DNA of 64,000 nucleotides from Eledone cirrhosa. Its lineage: Eukaryota. A program made the position numbers and the translations under genes. Positions 50,901 through 64,000 of the stretch are shown here, in pieces (the stretch's first letter is position 1; every line of letters starts with the position of its first letter). The DNA lies in contig OZ024743.1 in NCBI GenBank assembly GCA_964016885.1, forward strand, positions 100,626,001 to 100,690,000, read 5' to 3'. Below the pieces are notes generated by a model. That model was not told the DNA's origin. It did not search any database and saw only the letters and a program-made list of their open reading frames with translations.

Positions 50901-53900
50901 GGTATAGTACTGTGTGGTATTGGTGTTAGGTTTAGTACTCTGTGGTATTGGTGTTAGGTATAGTACTGTGTGATATTGGTGTTAGGTATAGTACTGTGTG
51001 GTATTGGTGTGGAGTTTAGTACTGTATGGTATTGGTGTTAGGTATAGTACTGTGTGGTATTGGTGTTAGGTATAGTACTGTGTGGTATTGGTGTGGAGTT
51101 TAGTACTGTATGGTATTGGTGTTAGGTATAGTACTGTGTGGTATTGGTGTTAGGTATAGTACTGTGTGGTATTGGTGTTAGGTATAGTACTGTGTGGTAT
51201 TGGTGTTAGGTATAGTACTGTGTGGTATTGGTGTTAGGTTTAGTACTGTGTGGTATTGGTGTTAGGTATAGTACTGTGTGATATTGGTGTTAGGTATAGT
51301 ACTGTGTGGTATTGGTGTTAGGTATAGTACTGTGTGGTATTGGTGTTAGGTATAGTACTGTGTGGTATTGGTGTTAGGTTTAGTACTGTGTGGTATTGGT
51401 GTTAGGTTTAGTACTGTGTGGTATTGGTGTTAGGTATAGTACTGTGTGGTATTGGTGTTAGGTATAGTACTGTGTGGTATTGGTGTTAGGTTTAGTACTG
51501 TGTGGTATTGGTGTTAGGTATAGTACTGTATGGTATTGGTGTTAGGTTTAGTACTGTGTGGTATTGGTGTTAGGTATAGTACTGTGTGGTATTGGTGTTA
51601 GGTATAGTACTGTGTGGTATTGGTGTTAGGTATAGTACTGTGTGGTATTGGTGTTAGGTTTAGTACTGTGTGGTATTGGTGTTAGGTATAGTACTGTGTG
51701 GTATTGGTGTTAGGTATAGTACTGTGTGGTATTGGTGTTAGGTATAGTACTGTGTGGTATTGGTGTTAGGTATAGTACTGTGTGGTATTGGTGTTAGGTA
51801 TAGTACTGTGTGATATTGGTGTTAGGTTTAGTACTGTGTGGTATTGGTGTTAGGTATAGTACTGTGTGGTATTGGTGTGGAGTTTAGTACTGTATGGTAT
51901 TGGTGTTAGGTATAGTACTGTGTGGTATTGGTGTTAGGTATAGTACTGTGTGGTATTGGTGTGGAGTTTAGTACTGTGTGGTATTGGTGTTAGGTATAGT
52001 ACTGTGTGGTATTGGTGTTAGGTATAGTACTGTATGGTATTGGTGTTAGGTATAGTACTGTGTGGTATTGGTGTTAGGTATAGTACTGTGTGGTATTGGT
52101 GTTAGGTTTAGTACTGTGTGGTATTGGTGTTAGGTATAGTACTGTGTGGTATTGGTGTTAGGTATAGTACTGTGTGATATTGGTGTTAGGTTTAGTACTG
52201 TGTGGTATTGGTGTTAGGTATAGTACTGTGTGGTTGGTGTTAGGTATAGTACTGTGTGGTATTGGTGTTAGGTATAGTACTGTGTGGTATTGGTGTTAGG
52301 TATAGTACTGTGTGGTATTGGTGTTAGGTTTAGTACTGTGTGGTATTGGTGTTAGGTATAGTACTGTGTGGTATTGGTGTGGAGTTTAGTACTGTGTGGT
52401 ATTGGTGTTAGGTATAGTACTGTGTGGTATTGGTGTTAGGTATAGTACTGTGTGGTATTGGTGTGGAGTTTAGTACTGTATGGTATTGGTGTTAGGTATA
52501 GTACTGTGTGGTATTGGTGTGGAGTTTAGTACTGTGTGGTATTGGTGTTAGGTATAGTACTGTGTGGTATTGGTGTTAGGTATAGTACTGTGTGGTATTG
52601 GTGTTAGGTATAGTACTGTGTGGTATTGGTGTTAGGTATAGTACTGTGTGGTATTGGTGTGGAGTTTAGTACTGTATGGTATTGGTGTTAGGTATAGTAC
52701 TGTGTGGTATTGGTGTTAGGTATAGTACTGTGTGGTATTGGTGTTAGGTTTAGTACTGTGTGGTATTGGTGTTAGGTATAGTACTGTGTGGTATTGGTGT
52801 TAGGTATAGTACTGTGTGGTATTGGTGTGGAGTTTAGTACTGTATGGTATTGGTGTTAGGTATAGTACTGTGTGGTATTGGTGTTAGGTATAGTACTGTG
52901 TGGTATTGGTGTTAGGTTTAGTACTGTGTGGTATTGGTGTTAGGTATAGTACTGTGTGGTATTGGTGTTAGGTATAGTACTGTGTGGTATTGGTGTTAGG
53001 TATAGTACTGTGTGGTATTGGTGTGGGGTTTAGTACTGTATGGTATTGGTGTTAGGTATAGTACTGTGTGGTATTGGTGTTAGGTATAGTACTGTGTGGT
53101 ATTGGTGTTAGGTATAGTACTGTGTGGTATTGGTGTTAGGTATAGTACTGTGTGGTATTGGTGTTAGGTATAGTACTGTGTGGTATTGGTGTGGAGTTTA
53201 GTACTGTATGGTATTGGTGTTAGGTATAGTACTGTGTGGTATTGGTGTTAGGTATAGTACTGTGTGGTAGTGGTGTTAGGTTTAGTACTGTGTGGTATTG
53301 GTGTTAGGTTTAGTACTGTGTGGTATTGGTGTTAGGTTTAGTACTGTGTGGTATTGGTGTTAGGTATAGTACTGTGTGGTATTGGTGTGGAGTTTAGTAC
53401 TGTGTGGTATTGGTGTTAGGTATAGTACTGTGTGGTATTGGTGTTAGGTATAGTACTGTGTGGTATTGGTGTTAGGTATAGTACTGTGTGGTATTGGTGT
53501 GGAGTTTAGTACTGTATGGTATTGGTGTTAGGTATAGTACTGTGTGGTATTGGTGTTAGGTATAGTACTGTGTGGTATTGGTGTTAGGTTTAGTACTGTG
53601 TGGTATTGGTGTTAGGTATAGTACTGTGTGGTATTGGTGTGGAGTTTAGTACTGTGTGGTATTGGTGTTAGGTATAGTACTGTGTGATATTGGTGTTAGG
53701 TATAGTACTGTGTGGTATTGGTGTTAGGTATAGTACTGTGTGGTATTGGTGTTAGGTATAGTACTGTGTGATATTGGTGTTAGGTATAGTACTGTGTGGT
53801 ATTGGTGTTAGGTATAGTACTGTGTCGTATTGGTGTTAGGTTTAGTACTGTGTGGTATTGGTGTTAGGTATAGTACTGTGTGGTATTGGTGTTAGGTATA

Positions 53901-56900
53901 GTACTGTGTGGTATTGGTGTTAGGTATAGTACTGTGTGGTATTGGTGTTAGGTTTAGTACTGTGTGGTATTGGTGTTAGGTTTAGTACTGTGTGGTATTG
54001 GTGTTAGGTTTAGTACTGTGTGGTATTGGTGTTAGGTATAGTACTGTGTGGTATTGGTGTTAGGTATAGTACTGTGTGGTATTGGTGTGGAGTTTAGTAC
54101 TGTATGGTATTGGTGTTAGGTATAGTACTGTGTGGTATTGGTGTTAGGTATAGTACTGTGTGGTATTGGTGTTAGGTTTAGTACTGTGTGGTATTGGTGT
54201 TAGGTATAGTACTGTGTGGTATTGGTGTTAGGTATAGTACTGTGTGGTATTGGTGTTAGGTATAGTACTGTGTGGTATTGGTGTTAGGTATAGTACTGTG
54301 TGGTATTGGTGTTAGGTATAGTACTGTGTGGTATTGGTGTTAGGTATAGTACTGTGTGGTATTGGTGTGGAGTTTAGTACTGTATGGTATTGGTGTTAGG
54401 TATAGTACTGTTTGGTATTGGTGTTAGGTTTAGTACTGTGTGGTATTGGTGTTAGGTATAGTACTGTGTGGTATTGGTGTTAGGTATAGTACTGTGTGGT
54501 ATTGGTGTGGAGTTTAGTACTGTATGGTATTGGTGTTAGGTATAGTACTGTGTGGTATTGGTGTTAGGTATAGTACTGTGTGGTATTGGTGTGGAGTTTA
54601 GTACTGTATGGTATTGGTGTTAGGTATAGTACTGTGTGGTATTGGTGTTAGGTATAGTACTGTGTGGTATTGGTGTGGAGTTTAGTACTGTGTGGTATTG
54701 GTGTTAGGTATAGTACTGTGTGGTATTGGTGTTAGGTATAGTACTGTATGGTATTGGTGTTAGGTATAGTACTGTGTGGTATTGGTGTTAGGTATAGTAC
54801 TGTGTGGTATTGGTGTTAGGTTTAGTACTGTGTGGTATTGGTGTTAGGTTTAGTACTGTGTGGTATTGGTGTTAGGTATAGTACTGTGTGGTATTGGTGT
54901 TAGGTATAGTACTGTGTGGTATTGGTGTTAGGTTTAGTACTGTGGTATTGGTGTTAGGTATAGTACTGTGTGGTATTGGTGTTAGGTTTAGTACTGTGGT
55001 ATTGGTGTTAGGTATAGTACTGTGTGGTATTGGTGTTAGGTTTAGTACTGTGGTATTGGTGTTAGGTATAGTACTGTGTGGTATTGGTGTTAGGTTTAGT
55101 ACTGTGGTATTGGTGTTAGGTTTAGTACTGTGTGGTATTGGTGTTAGGTATAGTACTGTGTGGTATTGGTGTTAGGTATAGTACTGTCTGGTATTGGTGT
55201 TAGGTATAGTATTGTGTGGTATTGGTGTGGAGTTTTGTACTGTATGGTATTGGTGTTAGGTATAGTACTGTGTGGTATTGGTGTTAGGTATAGTACTGTG
55301 TGGTATTGGTGTTAGGTATAGTACTGTGTGGTATTGGTGTTAGGTATAGTACTGTGTGGTATTGGTGTTAGGTATAGTACTGTGTGGTATTGGTGTTAGG
55401 TTTAGTACTGTGTGGTATTGGTGTTAGGTATAGTACTGTGTGGTATTGGTGTGGAGTTTAGTACTGTATGGTATTGGTGTTAGGTATAGTACTGTGTGGT
55501 ATTGGTGTTAGGTATAGTACTGTGTGGTATTGGTGTTAGGTTTAGTACTGTGTGGTATTGGTGTTAGGTATAGTACTGTGTGGTATTGGTGTGGAGTTTA
55601 GTACTGTGTGGTATTGGTGTTAGGTATAGTACTGTGTGATATTGGTGTTAGGTATAGTACTGTGTGGTATTGGTGTTAGGTATAGTACTGTGTGGTATTG
55701 GTGTTAGGTATAGTACTGTGTGATATTGGTGTTAGGTATAGTACTGTGTGGTATTGGTGTTAGGTATAGTACTGTGTGGTATTGGTGTTAGGTTTAGTAC
55801 TGTGTGGTATTGGTGTTAGGTTTAGTACTGTGTGGTATTGGTGTTAGGTTTAGTACTGTGTGGTATTGGTGTTAGGTTTAGTACTGTGTGGTATTGGTGT
55901 TAGGTATAGTACTGTGTGGTATTGGTGTTAGGTATAGTACTGTGTGGTATTGGTGTGGAGTTTAGTACTATATGGTATTGGTGTTAGGTATAGTACTGTG
56001 TGGTATTGGTGTTAGGTATAGTACCGTGTGGTATTGGTGTTAGGTTTAGTACTGTGTGGTATTGGTGTTAGGTATAGTACTGTGTGGTATTGGTGTTAGG
56101 TATAGTACTGTGTGGTATTGGTGTTAGGTATAGTACTGTGTGGTATTGGTGTTAGGTATAGTACTGTGTGGTATTGGTGTTAGGTATAGTACTGTGTGGT
56201 ATTGGTGTTAGGTATAGTACTGTGTGGTATTGGTGTTAGGTATAGTACTGTGTGGTATTGGTGTTAGGTATAGTACTGTGTGGTATTGGTGTGGAGTTTA
56301 GTACTGTATGGTATTGGTGTTAGGTATAGTACTGTGTGGTATTGGTGTTAGGTATAGTACTGTGTGGTATTGGTGTTAGGTTTAGTACTGTGTGGTATTG
56401 GTGTTAGGTATAGTACTGTGTGGTATTGGTGTTAGGTATAGTACTGTATGGTATTGGTGTTAGGTATAGTACTGTGTGGTATTGGTGTTAGGTATAGTAC
56501 TGTGTGGTATTGGTGTGGAGTTTAGTACTGTGTGGTATTGGTGTTAGGTATAGTACTGTGTGGTATTGGTGTTAGGTTTAGTACTGTGTGGTATTGGTGT
56601 TAGGTATAGTACTGTGTGATATTGGTGTTAGGTATAGTACTGTGTGGTATTGGTGTTAGGTATAGTACTGTGTGGTATTGGTGTTAGGTATAGTACTGTG
56701 TGGTATTGGTGTTAGGTTTAGTACTGTGTGGTATTGGTGTTAGGTTTAGTACTGTGTGGTATTGGTGTTAGGTATAGTACTGTGTGGTATTGGTGTTAGG
56801 TATAGTACTGTGTGGTATTGGTGTTAGGTTTAGTACTGTGTGGTATTGGTGTTAGGTATAGTACTGTGTGGTATTGGTGTTAGGTATAGTACTGTGTGGT

Positions 56901-58969
56901 ATTGGTGTTAGGTATAGTACTGTGTGGTATTGGTGTTAGGTATAGTACTGTGTGGTATTGGTGTTAGGTTTAGTACTGTGTGGTATTGGTGTTAGGTATA
57001 GTACTGTGTGGTATTGGTGTTAGGTTTAGTACTGTGTGGTATTGGTGTTAGGTATAGTACTGTGTGGTATTGGTGTTAGGTTTAGTACTGTGTGGTATTG
57101 GTGTTAGGTATAGTACTGTGTGGTATTGGTGTTAGGTTTAGTACTGTGTGGTATTGGTGTTAGGTATAGTACTGTGTGGTATTGGTGTTAGGTTTAGTAC
57201 TGTGTGGTATTGGTGTTAGGTATAGTACTGTGTGGTATTGGTGTTAGGTATAGTACTGTGTGGTATTGGTGTTAGGTATAGTACTGTGTGGTATTGGTGT
57301 TAGGTTTAGTACTGTGTGGTATTGGTGTTAGGTATAGTACTGTGTGGTATTGGTGTTAGGTATAGTACTGTGTGGTATTGGTGTGGAGTTTAGTACTGTA
57401 TGGTATTGGTGTTAGGTATAGTACTGTGTGGTATTGGTGTTAGGTATAGTACTGTGTGGTATCGGTGTGGAGTTTAGTACTGTGTGGTATTGGTGTTAGG
57501 TATAGTACTGTGTGGTATTGGTGTTAGGTATAGTACTGTATGGTATTGGTGTTAGGTATAGTACTGTGTGGTATTGGTGTTAGGTATAGTACTGTGTGGT
57601 ATTGGTGTTAGGTTTAGTACTGTGTGGTATTGGTGTTAGGTATAGTACTGTGTGGTATTGGTGTTAGGTATAGTACTGTGTGATATTGGTGTTAGGTTTA
57701 GTACTGTGTGGTATTGGTGTTAGGTATAGTACTGTGTGGTTGGTGTTAGGTATAGTACTGTGTGGTATTGGTGTTAGGTATAGTACTGTGTGGTATTGGT
57801 GTTAGGTTTAGTACTGTGTGGTATTGGTGTTAGGTATAGTACTGTGTGGTATTGGTGTTAGGTTTAGTACTGTGTGGTATTGGTGTTAGGTTTAGTACTG
57901 TGGTATTGGTGTTAGGTATAGTACTGTGTGGTATTGGTGTTAGGTTTAGTACTGTGGTATTGGTGTTAGGTATAGTACTGTGTGGTATTGGTGTTAGGTA
58001 TAGTACTGTGTGGTATTGGTGTTAGGTATAGTACTGTGTGGTATTGGTGTTAGGTTTAGTACTCTGGTATTGGTGTTAGGTATAGTACTGTGTGGTATTG
58101 GTGTTAGGTTTAGTACTGTGTGGTATTGGTGTTAGGTTTAGTACTGTGTGGTATTGGTGTTAGGTTTAGTACTGTGGTATTGGTGTTAGGTATAGTACTG
58201 TGTGGTATTGGTGTTAGGTTTAGTACTGTGGTATTGGTGTTAGGTATAGTACTGTGTGGTATTGGTGTTAGGTTTAGTACTGTGGTATTGGTGTTAGGTA
58301 TAGTACTGTGTGGTATTGGTGCTAGGTTTAGTACTGTGTGGTATTGGTGTTAGGTATAGTACTGTGTGGTATTGGTGTTAGGTTTAGTACTGTGTGGTAT
58401 TGGTGTTAGGTTTAGTACTGTGTGGTATTGGTGTTAGGTATAGTACTGTGTGGTATTGGTGTTAGGTTTAGTACTGTGTGGTATTGGTGTTAGCTTTAGT
58501 ACTGTGTGGTATTGGTGTTAGGTTTAGTACTGTGTGGTATTGGTGTTAGGTTTAGTACTGTGTGGTATTGGTGTTAGGTATAGTACTGTGTGCTATTGGT
58601 GTTAGGTATAGTACTGTGTGTTATTGGTGTTAGGTATAGTACTGTGTGGTATTGGTGTTAGGTATAGTACTGTGTGGTATTGGTGTTAGGTTTAGTACTG
58701 TGTGGTATTGGTGTTAGGTTTAGTACTGTGTGGTATTGGTGTTAGGTATAGTACTGTGTGGTATTGGTGTTAGGTTTAGTACTGTGTGGTATTGGTGTTA
58801 GGTATAGTACTGTGTGGTATTGGTGTTAGGTTTAGTACTGTGTGGTATTGGTGTTAGGTTTAGTACTGTGTGGTATTGGTGTTAGGTATAGTACTGTGTG
58901 GTATTGGTGTTAGGTATAGTACTGTGTGGTATTGGTGTTAGGTATAGTACTGTGTGGTATTGGTGTGGA
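44936..58969. repeat. 28-bp tandem satellite (~500 copies)
   Basis: Monomer GTACTGTGTGGTATTGGTGTTAGGTATA, with recurrent variants (..AGGTTTA, ..GTGGAGTTTA, GTACTGTATG) and 26-bp deletion units. Confidence 0.98.
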
Positions 58970-59047
58970 ATAACATCAGCAACAATAACATCAACAACAA
59001 ACAGCAGTAGCGACATCTTCCATACCATCAAATACATAAATGAATCT

Positions 59048-59538
59048 AGCTGTAATGTCTGTGTCACTGGTAGTAGTAGTAGCTGTAATGTCAGTGATAG
59101 TAGTAGTAATGTCAGTAGTAGTAGTAGTAATGTCAGTGGTAGTAGTAGAAGCTGTAATGTCAGTGGTAGTAGTAGTAGTAGTAATGTCATTGGTAGTAGT
59201 AGTAGCTCTAATGTCAGTGGTAATAGTAGTAGCAGTAATGTCAGTAGTAGTAGTAGTAGCTGTAATGTCAGTGGTAGTAGTAGTAGTAGCTGTAATGTCA
59301 GTGATAGTAGTAGTAATGTCAGTAGTAGTAGTAGTAATGTCAGTGGTTGTAGTAGAAGCTGTAATGTAAGTGGTAGTAGTAATAGTAGTAATGTCAGTGG
59401 TAGTAGTAGTAGCTCTAATGTCAGTGGTAGTAGTAGTAGCTCTAATGTCAGTAGTAGTAGTAGTAGCTGTAATATCACTGGTAGTAGTAGTAGTAGTAAT
59501 GTCAGTAGTAGTAGTAGTAGTAGTAGTAATGTCAGTGG
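59048..59538. repeat. Compound (AGT)n minisatellite
   Basis: (AGT)n runs punctuated by GCTGTAATGTC(AGTGG). Confidence 0.95.
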
Positions 59539-59809
59539 TGTGGTTAGAAAAAGCTACCTCACCGCTTTTCACAGGCGCCGCTAGATCCCATGGCTGGTTT
59601 CTCCTCTTCTACGTCTGTACAATCCAACTCGTTAAAACCGGGAGCTGCAAAACTCGTGTCCACAACGTTCCTGATCACCGCTGGAAAGAAGCCGACCTGC
59701 TGCCCCTTCCGGTCGAGCACCCTTCCGGCCAAGCACCCTTCCGGTCAAGCACTCTTCTGGTCGAGCACTCCCCAGGTTCCGGCCACCGCACCACCACACC
59801 ATACCCACA
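59539..59809 (-). repeat. 3' LTR of copy 2 (271 bp)
   Basis: Minus strand TGTGG...CCACA terminal inverted repeat, preceded by purine tract AGGGGAGCG. Confidence 0.85.
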
Positions 59810-61312
59810 CGCTCCCCTGATCTCAAGGATCAATTTCCCCCTCGTCCTTCTCCAAATGACAGTCTGCTGTCCAGGTTGGTGGTTTGCGACTTCTTTGCGA
59901 TCTCCGCAGTGTTGGGGCGGCACTTTGGGTTTCCTCTTCCTCGGAGTCCGTTGACACAGTGATTCTACGGACATCCAGGACATGACGTGGTACTCCGTCC
60001 ACGGACATATTGTTCTGGGAATTTACGGCTGTCACCGTTCCCCTTCCCCATTGAGATGTGCAACGGGCATCTGGGGGCTTAACCCAGACTTCTTCGCCCA
60101 CCTGCACGAATGCATTCTCTCTCCCCACTGGCCGTTGTGGTGGCGTGCACTTATATCTGAATACTGCTCTGTGTGGCACCGATTCCTCAACCTGTCCCAC
60201 CCGAGGGGACATGTACCAGAACACTGCCTCCATTGGTAAGATGTGGCTCCGCTCCGCTATTGCTTTGATCGTCCGGTGGTGCCGCTCCACGATTCCATTT
60301 CCGCTCGGCCTGTGCGCTGCTCTGAAGAAACGGTCCACCTTCCATCCATCGAGCATCTCCCTCAGCGCCTCCGAGCTGAACGCTGCGCTGTTGTCCATCA
60401 GCAGTTCGTTCCCAGGTGGCGCTTTATCAGCATCTCCGCCGCCCCTCACGTACGCACTCTCTTCTCACTGGTGAGCACTGATCTCACCCATCCGACTACA
60501 GTAGCCGAGTCGGTGAGTATCTCGATGGTGCGCAGTCCCCACCTCAAGGCGAGGTTCACCCCTCTCAACACCGCGTCCAGTTCGGCCACATTAATGTGGT
60601 TGCAGTTGTCCTTCTTCCTAAACCAGACTACATCCTCGATCTCAACACCTATCTCCAACGTGACACCCAGCGCTATGCTGCTGGCATCGCACCATACGGT
60701 CCCGCTCTGCGATTTGGGAACATACCAGCGTCTCCGCACTGGATCGTCGGCCTTCACCCTCTCCTGCATCATGGCCACCGTTCTCTCTCCCACTCTGTCC
60801 CTCCAAGTCACCCCTCCCGCTCGTCTCTTGATATAGCTGCATGCCGTCCGGAGCCACCCAGCAATCGGGTAATGACCCACCAACTTTCCACACGCCGAGA
60901 AAAGCACCCGCCTATTCATACATGGGCCCAGTTCTGGAACTTTATTTCCTCTCTGGAATACTAACACGCCCGTCCTGTCTCGCCGTAGCCTAAGTCCCAG
61001 CGCGGCTCCTCCCTCCAACGCTTCTGACGGCTTCGCGGCCAGTCCATACCACTGTAAATGGCTTGTGTCCTCCGCCGCCGACACTACAGACTCGTCCACT
61101 AGGATGTCGTCAATGTAGGAATTAGTGGCCCGCTTCATCTTGTCGGCCTTTCCCAGATTGGTCATGAGGACCGCCGCCATGATCTTCGGTGCGGAACTCA
61201 GCCCGAAACCGAGCCTGGTCAGGCAATATGTCCGGCCCTTATACCTGACCAGATGATTCTGCCAGTGCTTCTTATCTATGTGTAATTGTAAGGATTCCGA
61301 CTTTAGATCTAC
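59539..61312 (-). mobile_element. LTR retrotransposon copy 2 (same family), 5'-truncated with internal deletion
   Basis: RT from VDLKS through YIDD and RNase H, nearly identical to copy 1. Deletion near 60410, then integrase C-half (ELLMDN..RPSGNGIVERHHRTIK), PPT and 3' LTR. Confidence 0.9.
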
Positions 61313-62351
61313 GTAGTAGTAATGTCAATGGTAGTAGTAGTAGCTGTAATGTCAGTAGTAGTAGTAGTAATGTCAGTGGTAGTAGTAGTAGTAGTAATGT
61401 CAGTAGTAGTAGTAGTAATGTTAGTGGTAGTAGTAGTAGTAGTAATGTCAGTGGTAGTAGTAGTAGTAGTAATTTCATGGTAGTAGTAGTAGTAATGTCA
61501 TGGTAGTAGTAGTAGTAATGTCAGTGGTAATAGTAGTAGTAATGTCAGTGATAGTAGTAGTAGTAGCTGTAATGTCAGTGGTAGTAGTAGTAGTAATGTC
61601 AGTAGTAGTAGTAGTAGTAGCTGTAATGTCAGTGGTAGTAGCAGTAGCTGTAATGTCAGTAGTAGTAGTAGTAGCTGTAATGTCAGTGGTAGTAGTAGTA
61701 GCTGTAATGTCAGTAGTAGTAGTAGTAGTAGTAGTAGTAATGTCAGGAGTAGTAGTAGTAGCTGTAATGTCAGTGGTAGTAGTAGTAGCTGTAATGTCAG
61801 TAGTAGTAGTAGTAGCTGTAATGTCAGTGGTAGTAGTAGTAGCTGTAATGTCAGTAGTAGTAGTAGTAGTAGTAGTAATGTCAGTAGTAGTAGTAGTAGC
61901 TGTAATGTCAGTAGTAGTAGTAGTAATGTCAGTGGTAGTAGTAGTAGCTGTAATGCCAGTGGTAGTAGTAGTAGTAATGTCAGTGGTAGTAGTAGTAGCT
62001 GTAATGTCAGTAGTAGTAGTAGTAGTAATGTCAGTAGTAGTAGTAGTAGCTGTAATGTCAGTAGTAGTAGTAGTAGTAATGTCAGTGGTAGTAGTAGTAG
62101 CTGTAATGCCAGTGGTAGTAGTAGTAGTAATGTCAGTGGTAGTAGTAGTAGTAATGTCAGTAGTAGTAGTAGTAGCTGTAATGTCAGTGGTAGTAGTAGT
62201 AGCTGTAATGTCAGTAGTAGTAGTAGTAGTAGTAGTAGTAATGTCAGTAGTAGTAGTAGTAGCTGTAATGTCAGTAGTAGTAGTAGTAATGTCAGTGGTA
62301 GTAGTAGTAGTAGTAATGTCAGTGGTAGTAGTAGTAGCTGTAATGTCAGTG

Positions 62352-62387
<36 letters not shown>

Positions 62388-63830
62388 ATGTGAGTAGTAG
62401 TAGTAGTAGCTGTAATGTCAGTCGTAGTAGTAGTAGTAATGTCAGTGGTAGTAGTAGTAGCTGTAATGCCAGTGGTAGTAGTAGTAGCTGTAATGTCAGT
62501 AGTAGTAGTAGTTGTAATTTCAGTAGTAGTAGTAGTAGCAGTAGTAGTAGTAGCAGTAGTAGTAGTAGCAGTAGTAGTAGTAGCAGTAGTAGTAGTAGTA
62601 ACAATAATGTCAATGGTAGTAGTAGTAGTAGCTGTAATGTCAGTAGTAGTAGTAGTAGAAATGTCAGTGGTAGTAGTAGTAGTAGTAATGTCAGTGGTAG
62701 TAGTAGTAGTAATGTCAGTAGTAGTAGTAGTAGTAGTAGCTGTAATGTCAGTAGTAGTAGTAGTAGTAATGTCAGTAGTAGTAGTAGTAGTAATGTCAGT
62801 GGTAGTAGTAGTAGTAATGTCAGTAGTAGTAGTAGTAATGTCAGTGGTAGTAGTAGTAGTAGTAATGTCAGTAGTAGTAGTAGTAATGTTAGTGGTAGTA
62901 GTAGTAGTAATGTCAGTAGTAGTAGTAGTAGTAATGTCAGTAGTAGTAGTAGTAGTAATGTCAGTAGTAGTAGTAGTAATGTCAGTGGTAGTAGTAGTAG
63001 TAGTAATGTCAGTAGTAGTAGTAGTAATGTTAGTGGTAGTAGTAGTAGTAGTAATGTCAGTGGTAGTAGTAGTAGTAGTAATTTCATGGTAGTAGTAGTA
63101 GTAATGTCATGGTAGTAGTAGTAGTAATGTCAGTGATAGTAGTAGTAGTAGTAGTAATGTCAGTGGTAGTAGTAGTAGTAATGTCAGTAGTAGTAGTAGT
63201 AGTAGCTGTAATGTCAGTGGTAGTAGTAGTAGCTGTAATGTCAGTAGTAGTAGTAGTAGCTGTAATGTCAGTGGTAGTAGTAGTAGCTGTAATGTCAGTA
63301 GTAGTAGTAGTAGTAGTAGTAGTAATGTCAGTAGTAGTAGTAGTAGCTGTAATGTCAGTAGTAGTAGTAGTAATGTCAGTGGTAGTAGTAGTAGCTGTAA
63401 TGCCAGTGGTAGTAGTAGTAGCTGTAATGTCAGTAGTAGTAGTAGTAGTAATGTCAGTGGTAGTAGTAGTAGCTGTAATGTCAGTAGTAGTAGTAGTAGT
63501 AATGTCAGTAGTAGTAGTAGTAGCTGTAATGTCAGTAGTAGTAGTAGTAGTAATGTCAGTAGTAGTAGTAGTAGCTGTAATGTCAGTAGTAGTAGTAGTA
63601 GCTGTAATGTCAGTAGTAGTAGTAGTAGCTGTAATGTCAGTGGTAGTAGTAGTAGCTGTAATGTCAGTAGTAGTAGTAGTAGTAGTAGTAGTAATGTCAG
63701 TAGTAGTAGTAGTAATGTCAGTGGTAGTAGTAGTAGCTGTAATGCCAGTGGTAGTAGTAGTAGTAGTAGTAATGTCAGTGGTAGTAGTAGTAGCTGTAAT
63801 GTCAGTGGTAGTAGTAGTAGCTGTAATGTC

Positions 63831-63873
<43 letters not shown>

Positions 63874-63932
63874 ATGTCAGTAGTAGTAGTAGTAGCTGTA
63901 ATGTCAGTCGTAGTAGTAGTAGCTGTAATGTC

Positions 63933-63972
<40 letters not shown>

Positions 63973-64000
63973 ATGTGAGTAGTAGTAGTAGTAGCTGTAA
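61313..64000. repeat. Compound (AGT)n minisatellite (continues past right edge)
   Basis: Same GCTGTAATGTCAGT(GGT)(AGT)n unit as 59048-59538. Confidence 0.97.

Noticed and set aside
44936-58969. Telomeric array added to a broken element (contains TTAGG)
   Set aside because: The unit is 28 bp with inherited variants and HORs, is interstitial, and is not a (TTAGG)n or (TTAGGG)n telomerase product.
58882-63978. Poly-Ser/Val/Leu/Thr ORFs (mucin-like)
   Set aside because: Translations of the (AGT)n compound repeat, interrupted by an LTR element.

Overview
Eukaryotic, AT-rich, repeat-dominated window, probably from a cephalopod such as Octopus (inferred from the SINE/LINE families, not proven). 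It has three satellite blocks: a 57-bp satellite (1-20253), a 28-bp satellite (44936-58969) and a compound (AGT)n array (59048-59538 and 61313-64000). The long ORFs over these blocks are repeat artefacts. The only host gene I can support is a spliced death-associated protein 1 (DAP1) gene on +, with three coding exons at 30144-33024; its first coding exon was not found and probably lies upstream of the window. The rest is mobile DNA: RTE-type LINEs, CRE-type and Tx1-type LINE ends, tRNA-derived SINEs, piggyBac-like MITEs, Penelope-like remnants, and two broken, convergent copies of a compact Ty3/gypsy-architecture LTR element. Most notable: (i) fold-back palindromes built from hammerhead-ribozyme motifs, one folded exactly at ribozyme stem II; (ii) a CRE retroelement end duplicated into a MITE-like fold-back; (iii) direct evidence that the 20-kb satellite grew in situ from a dispersed SINE/LINE-tail segment.
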